Assembly: GCA_043813075.1 (NCBI GenBank)
Contig: JBDRLL010000011.1
Span: 1 to 53,071 of the forward strand
Direction of reading: 5' to 3'
Length of the DNA stretch: 53,071 nucleotides
From: Candidatus Altiarchaeota archaeon
GTDB lineage: Archaea; Altiarchaeota; Altiarchaeia; IMC4; SCGC-AAA252-I15
In this document: piece after piece, positions 40,432 to 48,905 of the stretch
Numbering within the stretch: the stretch's first letter is position 1
Layout: each line of letters begins with the position of its first letter
Position numbers and translations under genes: made by a program
Notes under the pieces: model-generated
The model's input: the letters and a program-made list of their open reading frames with translations, nothing else
Databases searched by the model: none
What the model was told of the DNA's origin: nothing

Positions 40432-40499
40432 AGCCGTCCCAGCAATGGGGGCGAGTCTAGTCGGGCTTCACAGCCCTTGACGAGAGTTGTTCAAAGGCT
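40432..40499 (+). ncRNA. Structured 5' leader of tRNA-Ser; possible degenerate copy of the tRNA precursor
   Basis: Lies downstream of TATA-like CTATATAA (40414). Hairpins CCCA-GCAA-TGGG and GGGCT-TCAC-AGCCC; outer AGCC/GGCT; several short blocks collinear with the tRNA. Confidence 0.4.
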
Positions 40500-40508
40500 T
40501 TACAAAAA

Positions 40509-40614
40509 GCCGAGGTGGCGGAGTCCGGAAACGCGCGGGCCTTGAGTTCACATTAACGAGACGAGGTAGCCCGTGTCCCCCTGGGACACTTGAGTTCAAA
40601 TCTCAACCTCGGCG
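40509..40614 (+). tRNA. tRNA-Ser(UGA) with a 21-nt intron at 37/38 (40547-40567)
   Basis: Acceptor GCCGAGG/CCTCGGC, discriminator G, anticodon stem CGGGC/GCCCG, TGA at 40543-45, long variable arm TGTCCC/GGGACA, T arm TTGAG-TTCAAAT-CTCAA. BHB: CUUG/CGAG helix with bulges AG^U and GU^A. Confidence 0.93.
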
Positions 40615-40618
40615 AACC

Positions 40619-40755
40619 CCTTTCTTGTTGTAAAAAGAAAGGTGCGGTGAAGAGCAAAACCCTTCATGCACACGAAGGCTTTGCCTTCGTCGTGTTTCAT
40701 CCCCCAAGAAAAACAGATGTGTGGGGGAGGGTTAGGGAGCCGATAGGCTTCCGCA
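40619..40755 (+). ncRNA. Multi-hairpin structured RNA between tRNA-Ser and rps13
   Basis: Stems CCTTTCTT/AAGAAAGG, TGAAG/CTTCA, ACGAAGGC/GCCTTCGT, TCCCCCA/TGGGGGA and GGAGCC/GGCTTC, with enclosing TGCGG/CCGCA. Confidence 0.5.
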
Positions 40756-40784
40756 AACCTCGTCAAAAATAGAATCGATTTGAG

Positions 40785-41360
40785 ATGGCTAAGAAGAAGG
40801 CGGAAGAAGGCAAGGGAGCGGGTAAGGCCGGTAAAAGCAAGCCCGATAGCTCTAAGAAGCCTCAGAAGCAGAGGGAGCATGATGCAGCATCCCACAAGCC
40901 AAGGCCTAAGGGCGATTCTGACGTAGTCCAGCTGGTCAGGGTTTCAGGTGTCGTTGTTGACGGTAGCCTTGACATGACGCGGGCTTTAATGAAGATTAAG
41001 GGTATCGGCAGCAGGGTGTCCAACACCATGCTGCAGACGCTCGGATACGATAAGAACGCGCAGATAGGCAGCCTATCTGAAGAACAGATTGATGAACTTG
41101 AAAAACAGATCACAAACCTCTCTGAAACTCTGCCGGAATGGATGTTAAACCGCAAGAAAGACAAGGAGACTGGTGAATACATGCATCTGACCGGCAGCGA
41201 CTTGGACATATCCAAGCGGGAGGACATCAACTTAGAGCGGAAGATAAAATCCTATCGTGGGGTAAGGCACAGCCTGAACCTCACTGTCCGCGGTCAGAGG
41301 ACAAGATCCTCTTTCAGGAAGGGGAGTACGATAGGAGTCAGCCGCAAGAAAGGCCGTTAG
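40785..41360 (+). CDS. rps13: 30S ribosomal protein uS13 with a charged N-terminal extension
   Basis: IKGIG, PEWMLNR.KD.ETG, SYRGVRH and VRGQRTRS motifs. Confidence 0.95.
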   Translation: MAKKKAEEGKGAGKAGKSKPDSSKKPQKQREHDAASHKPRPKGDSDVVQLVRVSGVVVDGSLDMTRALMKIKGIGSRVSNTMLQTLGYDKNAQIGSLSEEQIDELEKQITNLSETLPEWMLNRKKDKETGEYMHLTGSDLDISKREDINLERKIKSYRGVRHSLNLTVRGQRTRSSFRKGSTIGVSRKKGR

Positions 41361-41370
41361 GAGGTAGAAG

Positions 41371-41901
41371 ATGGGAGACCCTAGGAAGCAAAGGAAGAAG
41401 TTCACTAAGCCAACACATCCGTGGAAGATGGATAGGATTACTGAGGAGAACGAGCTCATCAAGAAGTACGGACTTAAGAACAAGAGGGAGGTCTGGCGCA
41501 CCAAGGTTTTACTGAGGAACTTCAGGAAGCAGGCTAGGACCCTTCTAGGGCAGTCCGGGCCAGAAGTCGATAAGGAGGCTAAGGACTTGACACGTAAGCT
41601 AGTGTCGCTGGGGATGCTGAGCGGAGAGAGTCTGGAGGACGTCCTTGCGTTGAACATAAACAGCATACTCGACCGCAGGCTGCAGACCCTGGTGTGCGCT
41701 AAGGGCCTTGCGAACACTATGAACGAGGCCAGGCAGTTCGTGGTTCACGGCCATGTTTTTGTGGGCGGTCATGTGGTTGATGTTCCAGGATACCTTGTCC
41801 CAAAGCGGGAGGAGGATTCAATCAAGTTAAACGAGATAATGGTGAAGAAAGTTGACGTCAGAGGAGAAGAAAAAGTCAAGCAAGAAGGAACAGCAGCCTG
41901 A
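41371..41901 (+). CDS. rps4: 30S ribosomal protein uS4
   Basis: [25 protein letters not shown] and ARQFVVHGH motifs. Confidence 0.96.
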   Translation: MGDPRKQRKKFTKPTHPWKMDRITEENELIKKYGLKNKREVWRTKVLLRNFRKQARTLLGQSGPEVDKEAKDLTRKLVSLGMLSGESLEDVLALNINSILDRRLQTLVCAKGLANTMNEARQFVVHGHVFVGGHVVDVPGYLVPKREEDSIKLNEIMVKKVDVRGEEKVKQEGTAA

Positions 41902-42421
41902 AGAGGAAAACTCTGCTGAATCCGCTGAGGAGTCGGTGAAAGACTCTGGTAGTGGTGGGGCTGATGTTACCCAGGAAGGCGGTGATGACCGTCAGGGGAA
42001 GGATTCGTCTTCACAGCCAAAGTCGGTTAGGAAGGAAGGACTCTGGGGTGTACTACACTTATACTCCTCTAAGAACGATACGATACTCCATGTGACAGAC
42101 ATTACGGGCGCTGAGACGATTTCGATATGTTCAGGAGGCATGATAGTCAAGTCATCTAGGGAGGAGTCGTCACCCTATGCTGCAATGCAGTCTGCGCTAA
42201 GGATTGCTGACGCGTGCAAGGAAAAAGGATTCACAGGATTGAACATAAAAGTCAGGGCTCCGGGAGGCCATAACGGCCCTAAATACCCTGGTAAGGGCGC
42301 TCAGGCCGCGATAAGGGCGATTTCCCGGACTGGCATAAAAATCGGTTACATCGAGGATGTGACTCCAATACCCCACGACGGCTGCAGGCCTAAGGGGGGT
42401 AAGAGAGGTAGGAGAGTATGA
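41852..42421 (+). CDS. rps11: 30S ribosomal protein uS11 with an acidic N-terminal extension
   Basis: [35 protein letters not shown] and [11 protein letters not shown] motifs. TTG start has GGTGA 6 nt upstream. Confidence 0.93.
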   Translation: MTSEEKKKSSKKEQQPEEENSAESAEESVKDSGSGGADVTQEGGDDRQGKDSSSQPKSVRKEGLWGVLHLYSSKNDTILHVTDITGAETISICSGGMIVKSSREESSPYAAMQSALRIADACKEKGFTGLNIKVRAPGGHNGPKYPGKGAQAAIRAISRTGIKIGYIEDVTPIPHDGCRPKGGKRGRRV

Positions 42422-43020
42422 ACGTCACCAACTTTGAGAAAAACGGGAACATCATCCGTTTCACTGTGAGTGGGATAGATACTAGCATGGCTAACGCTCT
42501 TAGGCGGACGATAATATCCGGCGTTCCGGTCATGGCTGTGGAGAAGATAACCTTCTACAATAACTCGTCCATACTTAACGACGAGATACTAGCACACAGG
42601 ATTGGCCTAGTGCCGTTGACGACCGACTTGAAGACCTATAATTCCCGTGCCGAATGCAGTTGCAAGGATAAGGGTTGTGGGAAATGCACTGCCGTGCTTA
42701 CCATGGATGTGGTAGGCCCTAAGACCGTCTACTCTGGGGACATTATGGCAACCGACCCCAACGTAAAGCCGGTGTTCGAAACCATACCGCTCGTTAAGAT
42801 TATGGCTGGTCAGAAGGTTAAGATGGAGGCTGAGGCCATACTGGGTTATGGTAAAGACCACATTAAATGGCAGCCTGGGATAGCTTCTTACGAGGCTGGT
42901 GAAAAGGGTTTTGAGTTTATAGTCGAATCATATGGCCAGTTAACTCCGGAGGAGCTGGTCAAAAAAGCGTTTAGCGAGGTGGAGGAGAAGATTAGTCCGT
43001 TAAAGGCTAAGGTAAAGTAA
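42418..43020 (+). CDS. rpoD: RNA polymerase subunit D (Rpo3), short form
   Basis: [28 protein letters not shown] and VESYGQL motifs; [11 protein letters not shown] loop. Confidence 0.93.
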   Translation: MNVTNFEKNGNIIRFTVSGIDTSMANALRRTIISGVPVMAVEKITFYNNSSILNDEILAHRIGLVPLTTDLKTYNSRAECSCKDKGCGKCTAVLTMDVVGPKTVYSGDIMATDPNVKPVFETIPLVKIMAGQKVKMEAEAILGYGKDHIKWQPGIASYEAGEKGFEFIVESYGQLTPEELVKKAFSEVEEKISPLKAKVK

Positions 43021-43028
43021 TCCTATAC

Positions 43029-43145
43029 GCGGGGGTGCCTGAGCTGGTCAAACACGATCTTCTACTCTGGATGTCGTGGGCTAGAAGGGCACGGTTGAGG
43101 GCCGTGTGGCGTAGGCCTACGCGAGTTCGAACCTCGTCCCCCGCA
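43029..43145 (+). tRNA. tRNA-Leu(GAG) with a 33-nt non-canonical D-loop intron (about 21/22; 43052-43084)
   Basis: Acceptor GCGGGGG/CCCCCGC plus discriminator A, anticodon arm CACGG-TTGAGGG-CCGTG, long variable arm, T loop TTCGAAC. BHB: GGUC/GGCU helix, bulges AA^A and AG^A, flanked by CACGA/TCGTG and CT/AG. Confidence 0.9.
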
Positions 43146-43169
43146 AACTTTTCTTAAAAAGAAAAGTTT
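43145..43169 (+). other. AT-rich 11-bp hairpin immediately 3' of tRNA-Leu
   Basis: AAACTTTTCTT-AAA-AAGAAAAGTTT. Confidence 0.6.
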
Positions 43170-43190
43170 GATCAAAAGAACAAAAGAACA

Positions 43191-43553
43191 ATGGTTCAAA
43201 CAGTATCATACAAGGATCCAGGAAGGCTGGAGTTGATAAGGCAGCTCGAGAGTGCGTCGAATACGGGGGCTAATGTATGGTCTTCTGTGGCCAAGGAGTT
43301 GTCGCGCGTTAGGAGGAACCGTAGGGAGGTTAACATAAGGAAGCTGGACAAATACACGAGTGACGGTGATGTCGTGGTTGTCCCCGGGAAGGTTTTGGGT
43401 GACGGCTTCCTGAATCACAAGATTGTTGTCGCAGCATACCAGTTCACTGATGGTGCGGAAAAGAAGATCATTCAGGCTGGAGGCGAGGCGATGTCAATAT
43501 CCTCTCTGCTCGAGAGGAATCCCAAGGGGAGCAAGATAAAGATCATGGGTTGA
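43191..43553 (+). CDS. rpl18e: 50S ribosomal protein eL18
   Basis: W..VA..L..VRRNR.EVN, VVVPGKVLG and NPKGS motifs; conserved operon position. Confidence 0.95.
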   Translation: MVQTVSYKDPGRLELIRQLESASNTGANVWSSVAKELSRVRRNRREVNIRKLDKYTSDGDVVVVPGKVLGDGFLNHKIVVAAYQFTDGAEKKIIQAGGEAMSISSLLERNPKGSKIKIMG

Positions 43554-43555
43554 AC

Positions 43556-44002
43556 ATGAAGTATATTAACGCTGAGGGACAGGTTTTGGGGAGGGTTTGC
43601 AGTTATGTTGCAAAGCAGGCTCTGCTTGGCGAGGATGTGGTTATAGTCAATGCAGAGAAGGCTCTCATATCAGGCGAGAAGAGTTCCATCCAGGCTAATG
43701 AGAAGGCGAAGCTTGAGATAAAGAATCTTGGTAACTATACCGAGGGTCCCTTCCATCATAAGCGCCCTGACCGGTATGTTAGGCGCGCTGTTCGCGGGAT
43801 GCTTCCATACAAGAAGCAGCGTGGCAGGGACGCGTACAAGAGGGTAAGCGTCTACATTGGCGTGCCTTCAGAGGAGATAAAGAAGAACCATGGTGTTGAA
43901 GCGTCAAAAATAAGGTATGATGCTGTTGAAGGCGTGAAGAAGCATTTGCGGCGCAGCGTCACTGTTGGCGAACTATGTGGTTTCATAGGGGGTAAGTGGT
44001 AA
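43556..44002 (+). CDS. rpl13: 50S ribosomal protein uL13
   Basis: VLGR.CS.VAK, VNAEKA.ISG and GPFH.KRPD...RRAVRGMLPYK motifs. Confidence 0.95.
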   Translation: MKYINAEGQVLGRVCSYVAKQALLGEDVVIVNAEKALISGEKSSIQANEKAKLEIKNLGNYTEGPFHHKRPDRYVRRAVRGMLPYKKQRGRDAYKRVSVYIGVPSEEIKKNHGVEASKIRYDAVEGVKKHLRRSVTVGELCGFIGGKW

Positions 44003-44003
44003 T

Positions 44004-44420
44004 ATGGCGGAAAAAATCGTTCACAAGTCAGGCAAGCGGAAGAAGTCTGTTGCAAGGACCACGATAAAACCAGGTGTTGGTGTTGTCAGGGTGAATTCCA
44101 TTCTAATGGATGACTATTCCACAAAGACGGCTAGGTACAAGATCAAGGGAGTGCTTTCCCTGGCATCAGACTACGTCGACTTGAATAAGATAGACATATC
44201 CTCAGTCGTCTACGGCGGCGGAGTCTTAGGTCAGGCCGACGCGGTAGTCTGCTCGATAGCGAGGGGTCTAGTCGAGTATTCCGGCGATGATGAACTTCAA
44301 AATAATTTTATAAAGCATGACAGAACCCTTATTGCGGGAGACCACCGTGAGACGGAAGTCCACAAGCCAGGTCAGAGCAGCAAGGGTCCGAGGCATAAGA
44401 GGCAAAAATCATACAGGTGA
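44004..44420 (+). CDS. rps9: 30S ribosomal protein uS9
   Basis: SGKRKKSVAR, GGGVLGQA, DRTL and RQKSYR motifs. Confidence 0.95.
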   Translation: MAEKIVHKSGKRKKSVARTTIKPGVGVVRVNSILMDDYSTKTARYKIKGVLSLASDYVDLNKIDISSVVYGGGVLGQADAVVCSIARGLVEYSGDDELQNNFIKHDRTLIAGDHRETEVHKPGQSSKGPRHKRQKSYR

Positions 44421-44424
44421 TTTG

Positions 44425-44622
44425 ATGATAATACCAATACGCTGTTTCAGCTGCGGAAAGCCGATCGCACAGGACTGGGATAACTATGAGGAACAGACTG
44501 CGGGCGGGAAGGATGCGAAAAAGGTTTTAGATGACCTAGGGCACACCAGGTACTGCTGCAGGCGGATGTTCCTATCGCACAGTGAAGTGATAGAAGAGTC
44601 CATGAAGCACAAGAGATTTTAA
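44425..44622 (+). CDS. rpoN: RNA polymerase subunit N (Rpo10)
   Basis: MIIPIRCFSCGK and LDDLG..RYCCRRM motifs; start revised to ATG 44425. Confidence 0.96.
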   Translation: MIIPIRCFSCGKPIAQDWDNYEEQTAGGKDAKKVLDDLGHTRYCCRRMFLSHSEVIEESMKHKRF

Positions 44623-44623
44623 A

Positions 44624-44797
44624 ATGGAAAAATACAACAAATTCGAGAAAACTCGTTTAATAGGGGCAAGAGCCCTTCAGATAAAAATGGGGGCTCCAAT
44701 ACTGGTGAAGGTAAAGGACAAGTATGCAAGCTCTCTTGACATAGCGAAAATGGAGTTGGATCAGGGTGTCCTCCCAATAACGGTGAAGAGAAGATGA
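44624..44797 (+). CDS. rpoK: RNA polymerase subunit K (Rpo6), 57 aa
   Basis: Not in the ORF track. Manual translation MEKYNKFEKTRLIGARALQIKMGAPILVKVKDKYASSLDIAKMELDQGVLPITVKRR; ATGA overlap with rps2. Confidence 0.95.
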   Translation: MEKYNKFEKTRLIGARALQIKMGAPILVKVKDKYASSLDIAKMELDQGVLPITVKRR

Positions 44798-45480
44798 GCG
44801 ACAATGAGACTATCGAAACACAGGCCGAGAACGAGCTTCTAGTGCCCTTAGATGATTATCTGTCAAACGGGATACACGTTGGCCTTAAGTATAAGACCAA
44901 GGACATGAGGCCGTTCATCTATAAGATACGGCCGGACAAGCTTTGCGTTTTCGACGTCCAGAAGATAGACGAGCGTATTAGGATTGCTGCTGAATTCATC
45001 GGCCGATTCAAGCCTGAGGAGGTTCTCGTAGTCTCTAACAGGGTTTACGGTAGGACTCCCATAAAGAAGTTCGCGGAAGTCACAGGCTACAATGCTTTCA
45101 CTGAAAGATTCGTCTCAGGGTCTCTCACCAATCCTGACATCGAGACTTTCGCTGAGCCTAAGCTTTTGCTTGTCACAGACCCTACGGCAGATCAGCAGGC
45201 TATTGAGGAGGCTTCTGCGATGGGGATCACGGTCCTGGCTATATGCGACACGAACACGAGGATAAAGAACATAGACTTTGTGGTGCCTTCAAACAACAAG
45301 GGCAAGAATGCATTGGCGTTGATATACTGGATTCTCGCGAGGGAGATATCGAGGATTAAGGGTCTTGGGGAGATGACAGTGCCTCTCGAGGATTTCATAT
45401 CCAAGGCCGAGCCCCAGCCATACCTGCTTGACATACAGGAGCAGCAGCGTCTGAAGAGAAGGAAGAAAAAGCGCAGGTAA
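44794..45480 (+). CDS. rps2: 30S ribosomal protein uS2
   Basis: YLSNGIHVG, M.PFIYK.R.D, RFVSGSLTNP, TDP..D.QA..EA and PSNNKG motifs. Confidence 0.96.
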   Translation: MSDNETIETQAENELLVPLDDYLSNGIHVGLKYKTKDMRPFIYKIRPDKLCVFDVQKIDERIRIAAEFIGRFKPEEVLVVSNRVYGRTPIKKFAEVTGYNAFTERFVSGSLTNPDIETFAEPKLLLVTDPTADQQAIEEASAMGITVLAICDTNTRIKNIDFVVPSNNKGKNALALIYWILAREISRIKGLGEMTVPLEDFISKAEPQPYLLDIQEQQRLKRRKKKRR

Positions 45481-45515
45481 GATAGTCTTTTTTAGCGTAA
45501 TTCTCTTATCTTGAT

Positions 45516-47495
45516 ATGCAAAACACTAGGATTGCGCTGGCGTCATCGATATTGGTCTTCCTGGGCTCCTACATACTCTTACCCTTCATTATCGGGGCCT
45601 CTCTCTCAGAGAAGATAATATCACTATCCTACTTCACACTATTAATCTACTCTACTGGATACTCTGTCACAAAGGGTGTTGTGTTCACCAAGGATTTTTT
45701 CGAACTCCACCTGATGCGCTCTGGAATAGGCTTGGCTGCGCTACCCCTAATTATAGTCCTCCTCGACACTCTTGGAGTGCCCCTCCACTGGCTTGTGCTC
45801 CTCATAATCTCCCTTTCATACCCCCTCTGGATGACCGTGAAATCCAGCGGCCTTAAGCGTAGGTTCAAATGCTCCATCCCAGAGCCTGACTGGCATACTG
45901 TCTTAACGCTCCTTCTCGCGTCACTCCTCTTTTTCCTGGCTTTAAAGGGTTCTTTCGCCTACCCCTACCTGGAGGACGGGGATTCATGGGAGCATGCTGT
46001 CGGCACGAAATACGTTTCACTATACCACACCTACCTAAAACCTGATGGCGTGTATGTCTCCCACTATCTGCCCCCATACCCTCCCACATACGACGCCATA
46101 ATGGCGATGATACACCAGTTGAACAATCACCTCCAATGGACCCTCAAGGCTTTCAACGCAATAATGGTCGCATTAACGTACGTCTACGCATACTACTTCA
46201 TACGTGAATACACTGGCCGCAGCGACCTGGGATTGTACTCCGTATTCTTCCTTGCCGGAGCCCCCGCCTTCGGAAGCCACACAATATGGTCCCACACGCT
46301 TGGCATGGCGGTATTATATCCCGTATTCTACTGCATCGCCAAATTGGGGTCAGACCCCTGGTTCCCCCGCCTATCAATAATACTGCTCGCTAGCAGCATG
46401 ATAACACAACCACTCGTGTCAATGGTCATAGGCATACTATACCTGCTATACCTGATTTCGCACTCCGCACACAATAGAAAAGACTCTAAGAAACTACTCC
46501 AGATAGGCGTAGCAGCGCTACTAATCTCCATGGTCTACTGGATACCGTCTGTCGTGAACTACGGCGTTGAATTGGAGAACGTTGACCGTGTCGGCGGTGA
46601 AGTCCTTGACCTGAACTTCCGGTTCGGCTTCAGCGATAAAGACAAGCCGCCTGGACTCGATACTCTAGTCTTCCCACTCACTCACGGCGACATATACATG
46701 CAGCACGGCTTCGGCCTTCTATTCTCGGTGATGATGGCATACGCTCTAGCCAGTATCCTCCTCAACTCCAGGAAATACGGTTCTTTCCTTATGGAGCGGA
46801 AATGGCTTCTAACCAGCCTATTATGGTTCATCTTCATGTTCACAGCCCTCGAGTCAGTGGCGCTCCCAGTGTCAGTATACCCTGCCAGATTCTGGGGCAT
46901 GCTCCCAATAGCAGGATCCATACTAGCTGCTTATTCCACCTCCGATTTCCTGGACTTCGTGAAAAAGATGGGTGGAAGCCCGAAGATAGGGCTGCTACTG
47001 ATAGTGGTCCTCCTGTTCGCCACGTCAGGATACCATAAGGCTAGGGTGCAATTGAGTTCCAACGGCTGGCCTTCAGACATCAAAAGCCTTCTGGACAACC
47101 AGATAAGCGGTTTCATATCACTTGCTTCCCTACCCTCAGACACAATGGTCTACCCCCTATGCCTGAAGGACAAGTACGTCATGGGAATGGACAAGATGAG
47201 CCTTCCATGGGACAAAGAGGCTGTTGAATTCAGGGATACCGCATTCGCCAGGACCTCACAGGAGACCCACAACTTCCTGAAGTCCAACGGATTCCAATAC
47301 TTCCTCATAGACTCCTACTGCATCAAAAAGTGTGTTGACTACAATCTCCCTAAAGGCAGTGACAACACTAAACACAAGTATGTTGAGGCAGAATGCACGA
47401 AGGAATACGCGTCATACATAAACTCGATAATGAATGATGCAGGCTTCAAGAGAATCTACGCCGGAAGGAAGATAGGCGTATTCATAGTAGAATAA
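45516..47495 (+). CDS. Large polytopic membrane protein, probable GT-C-like glycosyltransferase
   Basis: About 15 TMs; external loop LEDGDSWEHA..YPP; RFW motif; soluble C-terminal domain. Confidence 0.6.
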   Translation: MQNTRIALASSILVFLGSYILLPFIIGASLSEKIISLSYFTLLIYSTGYSVTKGVVFTKDFFELHLMRSGIGLAALPLIIVLLDTLGVPLHWLVLLIISLSYPLWMTVKSSGLKRRFKCSIPEPDWHTVLTLLLASLLFFLALKGSFAYPYLEDGDSWEHAVGTKYVSLYHTYLKPDGVYVSHYLPPYPPTYDAIMAMIHQLNNHLQWTLKAFNAIMVALTYVYAYYFIREYTGRSDLGLYSVFFLAGAPAFGSHTIWSHTLGMAVLYPVFYCIAKLGSDPWFPRLSIILLASSMITQPLVSMVIGILYLLYLISHSAHNRKDSKKLLQIGVAALLISMVYWIPSVVNYGVELENVDRVGGEVLDLNFRFGFSDKDKPPGLDTLVFPLTHGDIYMQHGFGLLFSVMMAYALASILLNSRKYGSFLMERKWLLTSLLWFIFMFTALESVALPVSVYPARFWGMLPIAGSILAAYSTSDFLDFVKKMGGSPKIGLLLIVVLLFATSGYHKARVQLSSNGWPSDIKSLLDNQISGFISLASLPSDTMVYPLCLKDKYVMGMDKMSLPWDKEAVEFRDTAFARTSQETHNFLKSNGFQYFLIDSYCIKKCVDYNLPKGSDNTKHKYVEAECTKEYASYINSIMNDAGFKRIYAGRKIGVFIVE

Positions 47496-47504
47496 AATAC
47501 CATA

Positions 47505-47524
47505 ACCCGGCCGTTAGGCCGGGT
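47505..47524. terminator. Hairpin between convergent genes
   Basis: ACCCGGCC-GTTA-GGCCGGGT. Confidence 0.55.
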
Positions 47525-47536
47525 ATTAATGTAAAA

Positions 47537-48826
47537 TCACTTCCTCGTCTTCCTGAAATCCTTTCCCGGATACTTGGCTTTCCCATCCAACTCCCCTTCA
47601 ATACGCAGAAGCTGGTTGTATTTAGCAAGCCTCTCGCTTCTCGCCGGAGCACCCGTCTTTATCTGCCCAGTATCCAATCCAACAGCGAGGTCAGCGATAA
47701 AGCTGTCCTCAGTCTCGCCTGAACGGTGGCTTACGGTCACACCCCACTTGTTCTCGAAAGACTTGTTCGCGGAATCAATGGATTCCGTGATGCTGCCGAT
47801 CTGGTTCACCTTCAATAGAAGGGCATTGCAGGCGTTCAAGCCAATAGCCTTCTCAATCCTCTTGACGTTCGTGACAAGAAGGTCGTCTCCGGTTATCTGT
47901 ATCCTGCCGCCAAGCTTCCTGGTCATCTCAACCCACCCATCCCAGTCGTCTTCAGCCATCCCATCCTCGATGGACACTATCCTGAAAGTGTCGCACAAGT
48001 CAGCGTAGAAGTCCACAATCTCTCCTGGCGAATACTTGTCATCCCCGATCATGTAGTGGCCGCCATCCTTATAGTAGTACTCTGACGATGCTGGATCCAA
48101 TGCTATAGCCATCTCATCAGCATAGCCTGCTTCCTCAGCAGCCTTCACCATCAACTCCAGACGATCCTGCGGCGTGTCTATGGGGGGCACAAAACCCCCT
48201 TCATCACCCAACTGCACTGCATGAACCCCATACTTGGCTTTAAGCATCTTCTTCAGGGTCTGGTAAGTCTCAGCGCCCATCCTAATAGCCTCCCTGAAGG
48301 ACTTGGCGCCAACAGGCATGTACATGTTCTCCTGAATGTCGTTCTCCTTCCCAGCGTGCTTACCACCGTTTATAACGTTAAGCTGCGGCACAGGCAGTGT
48401 GACACCCTTGCTACCCGCAATCTCGGCTATATACGCGTACAACGGCATCCCCTTTGAAGCCGCCGCCGCCTTACACGCCGCCATGCTGACCGCGAGTATG
48501 GCGTTAGCCCCCAGCTTGCCCTTGTTCTCAGTGCCATCCAAACCAAGCATGGCGTCATCCAAAGCCTTCTGACTCCCGCAGTCCATGCCAGCTACCTTTG
48601 GCGCTATAATCCTGTTGACGTTCTCAACAGCCTTCAGCACTCCCTTGCCCATGTACCTGGCCTTGTCTCCATCCCTCAACTCCAAGGCCTCATGCACTCC
48701 AGTGCTCGCGCCGCTGGGCACCATAGCCCTGAACAATCCATCCTCAGTCACCAAATCCACCTCAACCGTCGGGTTTCCGCGTGAATCCAGGACTTCCCTT
48801 GCTTTAACAGAATCTATCTTAGCCAT
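47537..48826 (-). CDS. eno: Enolase
   Basis: [50 protein letters not shown] and GQIKTG motifs. Start revised to ATG 48826, which has a GGTGA SD. Confidence 0.97.
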   Translation of the reverse strand: MAKIDSVKAREVLDSRGNPTVEVDLVTEDGLFRAMVPSGASTGVHEALELRDGDKARYMGKGVLKAVENVNRIIAPKVAGMDCGSQKALDDAMLGLDGTENKGKLGANAILAVSMAACKAAAASKGMPLYAYIAEIAGSKGVTLPVPQLNVINGGKHAGKENDIQENMYMPVGAKSFREAIRMGAETYQTLKKMLKAKYGVHAVQLGDEGGFVPPIDTPQDRLELMVKAAEEAGYADEMAIALDPASSEYYYKDGGHYMIGDDKYSPGEIVDFYADLCDTFRIVSIEDGMAEDDWDGWVEMTRKLGGRIQITGDDLLVTNVKRIEKAIGLNACNALLLKVNQIGSITESIDSANKSFENKWGVTVSHRSGETEDSFIADLAVGLDTGQIKTGAPARSERLAKYNQLLRIEGELDGKAKYPGKDFRKTRK

Positions 48827-48905
48827 ATCATCACCTGAATGTACTTCAAATATGTGAAAAAACGTATATAAACAGTTATTACCCCCCACCACCCCATATT
48901 ATCTA

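Noticed and set aside
40432-40499. tRNA-Sec or opal suppressor tRNA (CTTCACA loop resembling a UCA anticodon)
   Set aside because: A 7-nt loop would need a G-G closing pair, there is no paired T arm and the outer stem is only 4 bp. It does not form a cloverleaf.
40619-40760. RNase P RNA, SRP RNA or a self-cleaving ribozyme
   Set aside because: No GAGGAAAGUCC or SRP helix-8 motif and no hammerhead CUGAUGA/GAAA core; too short for RNase P or SRP.
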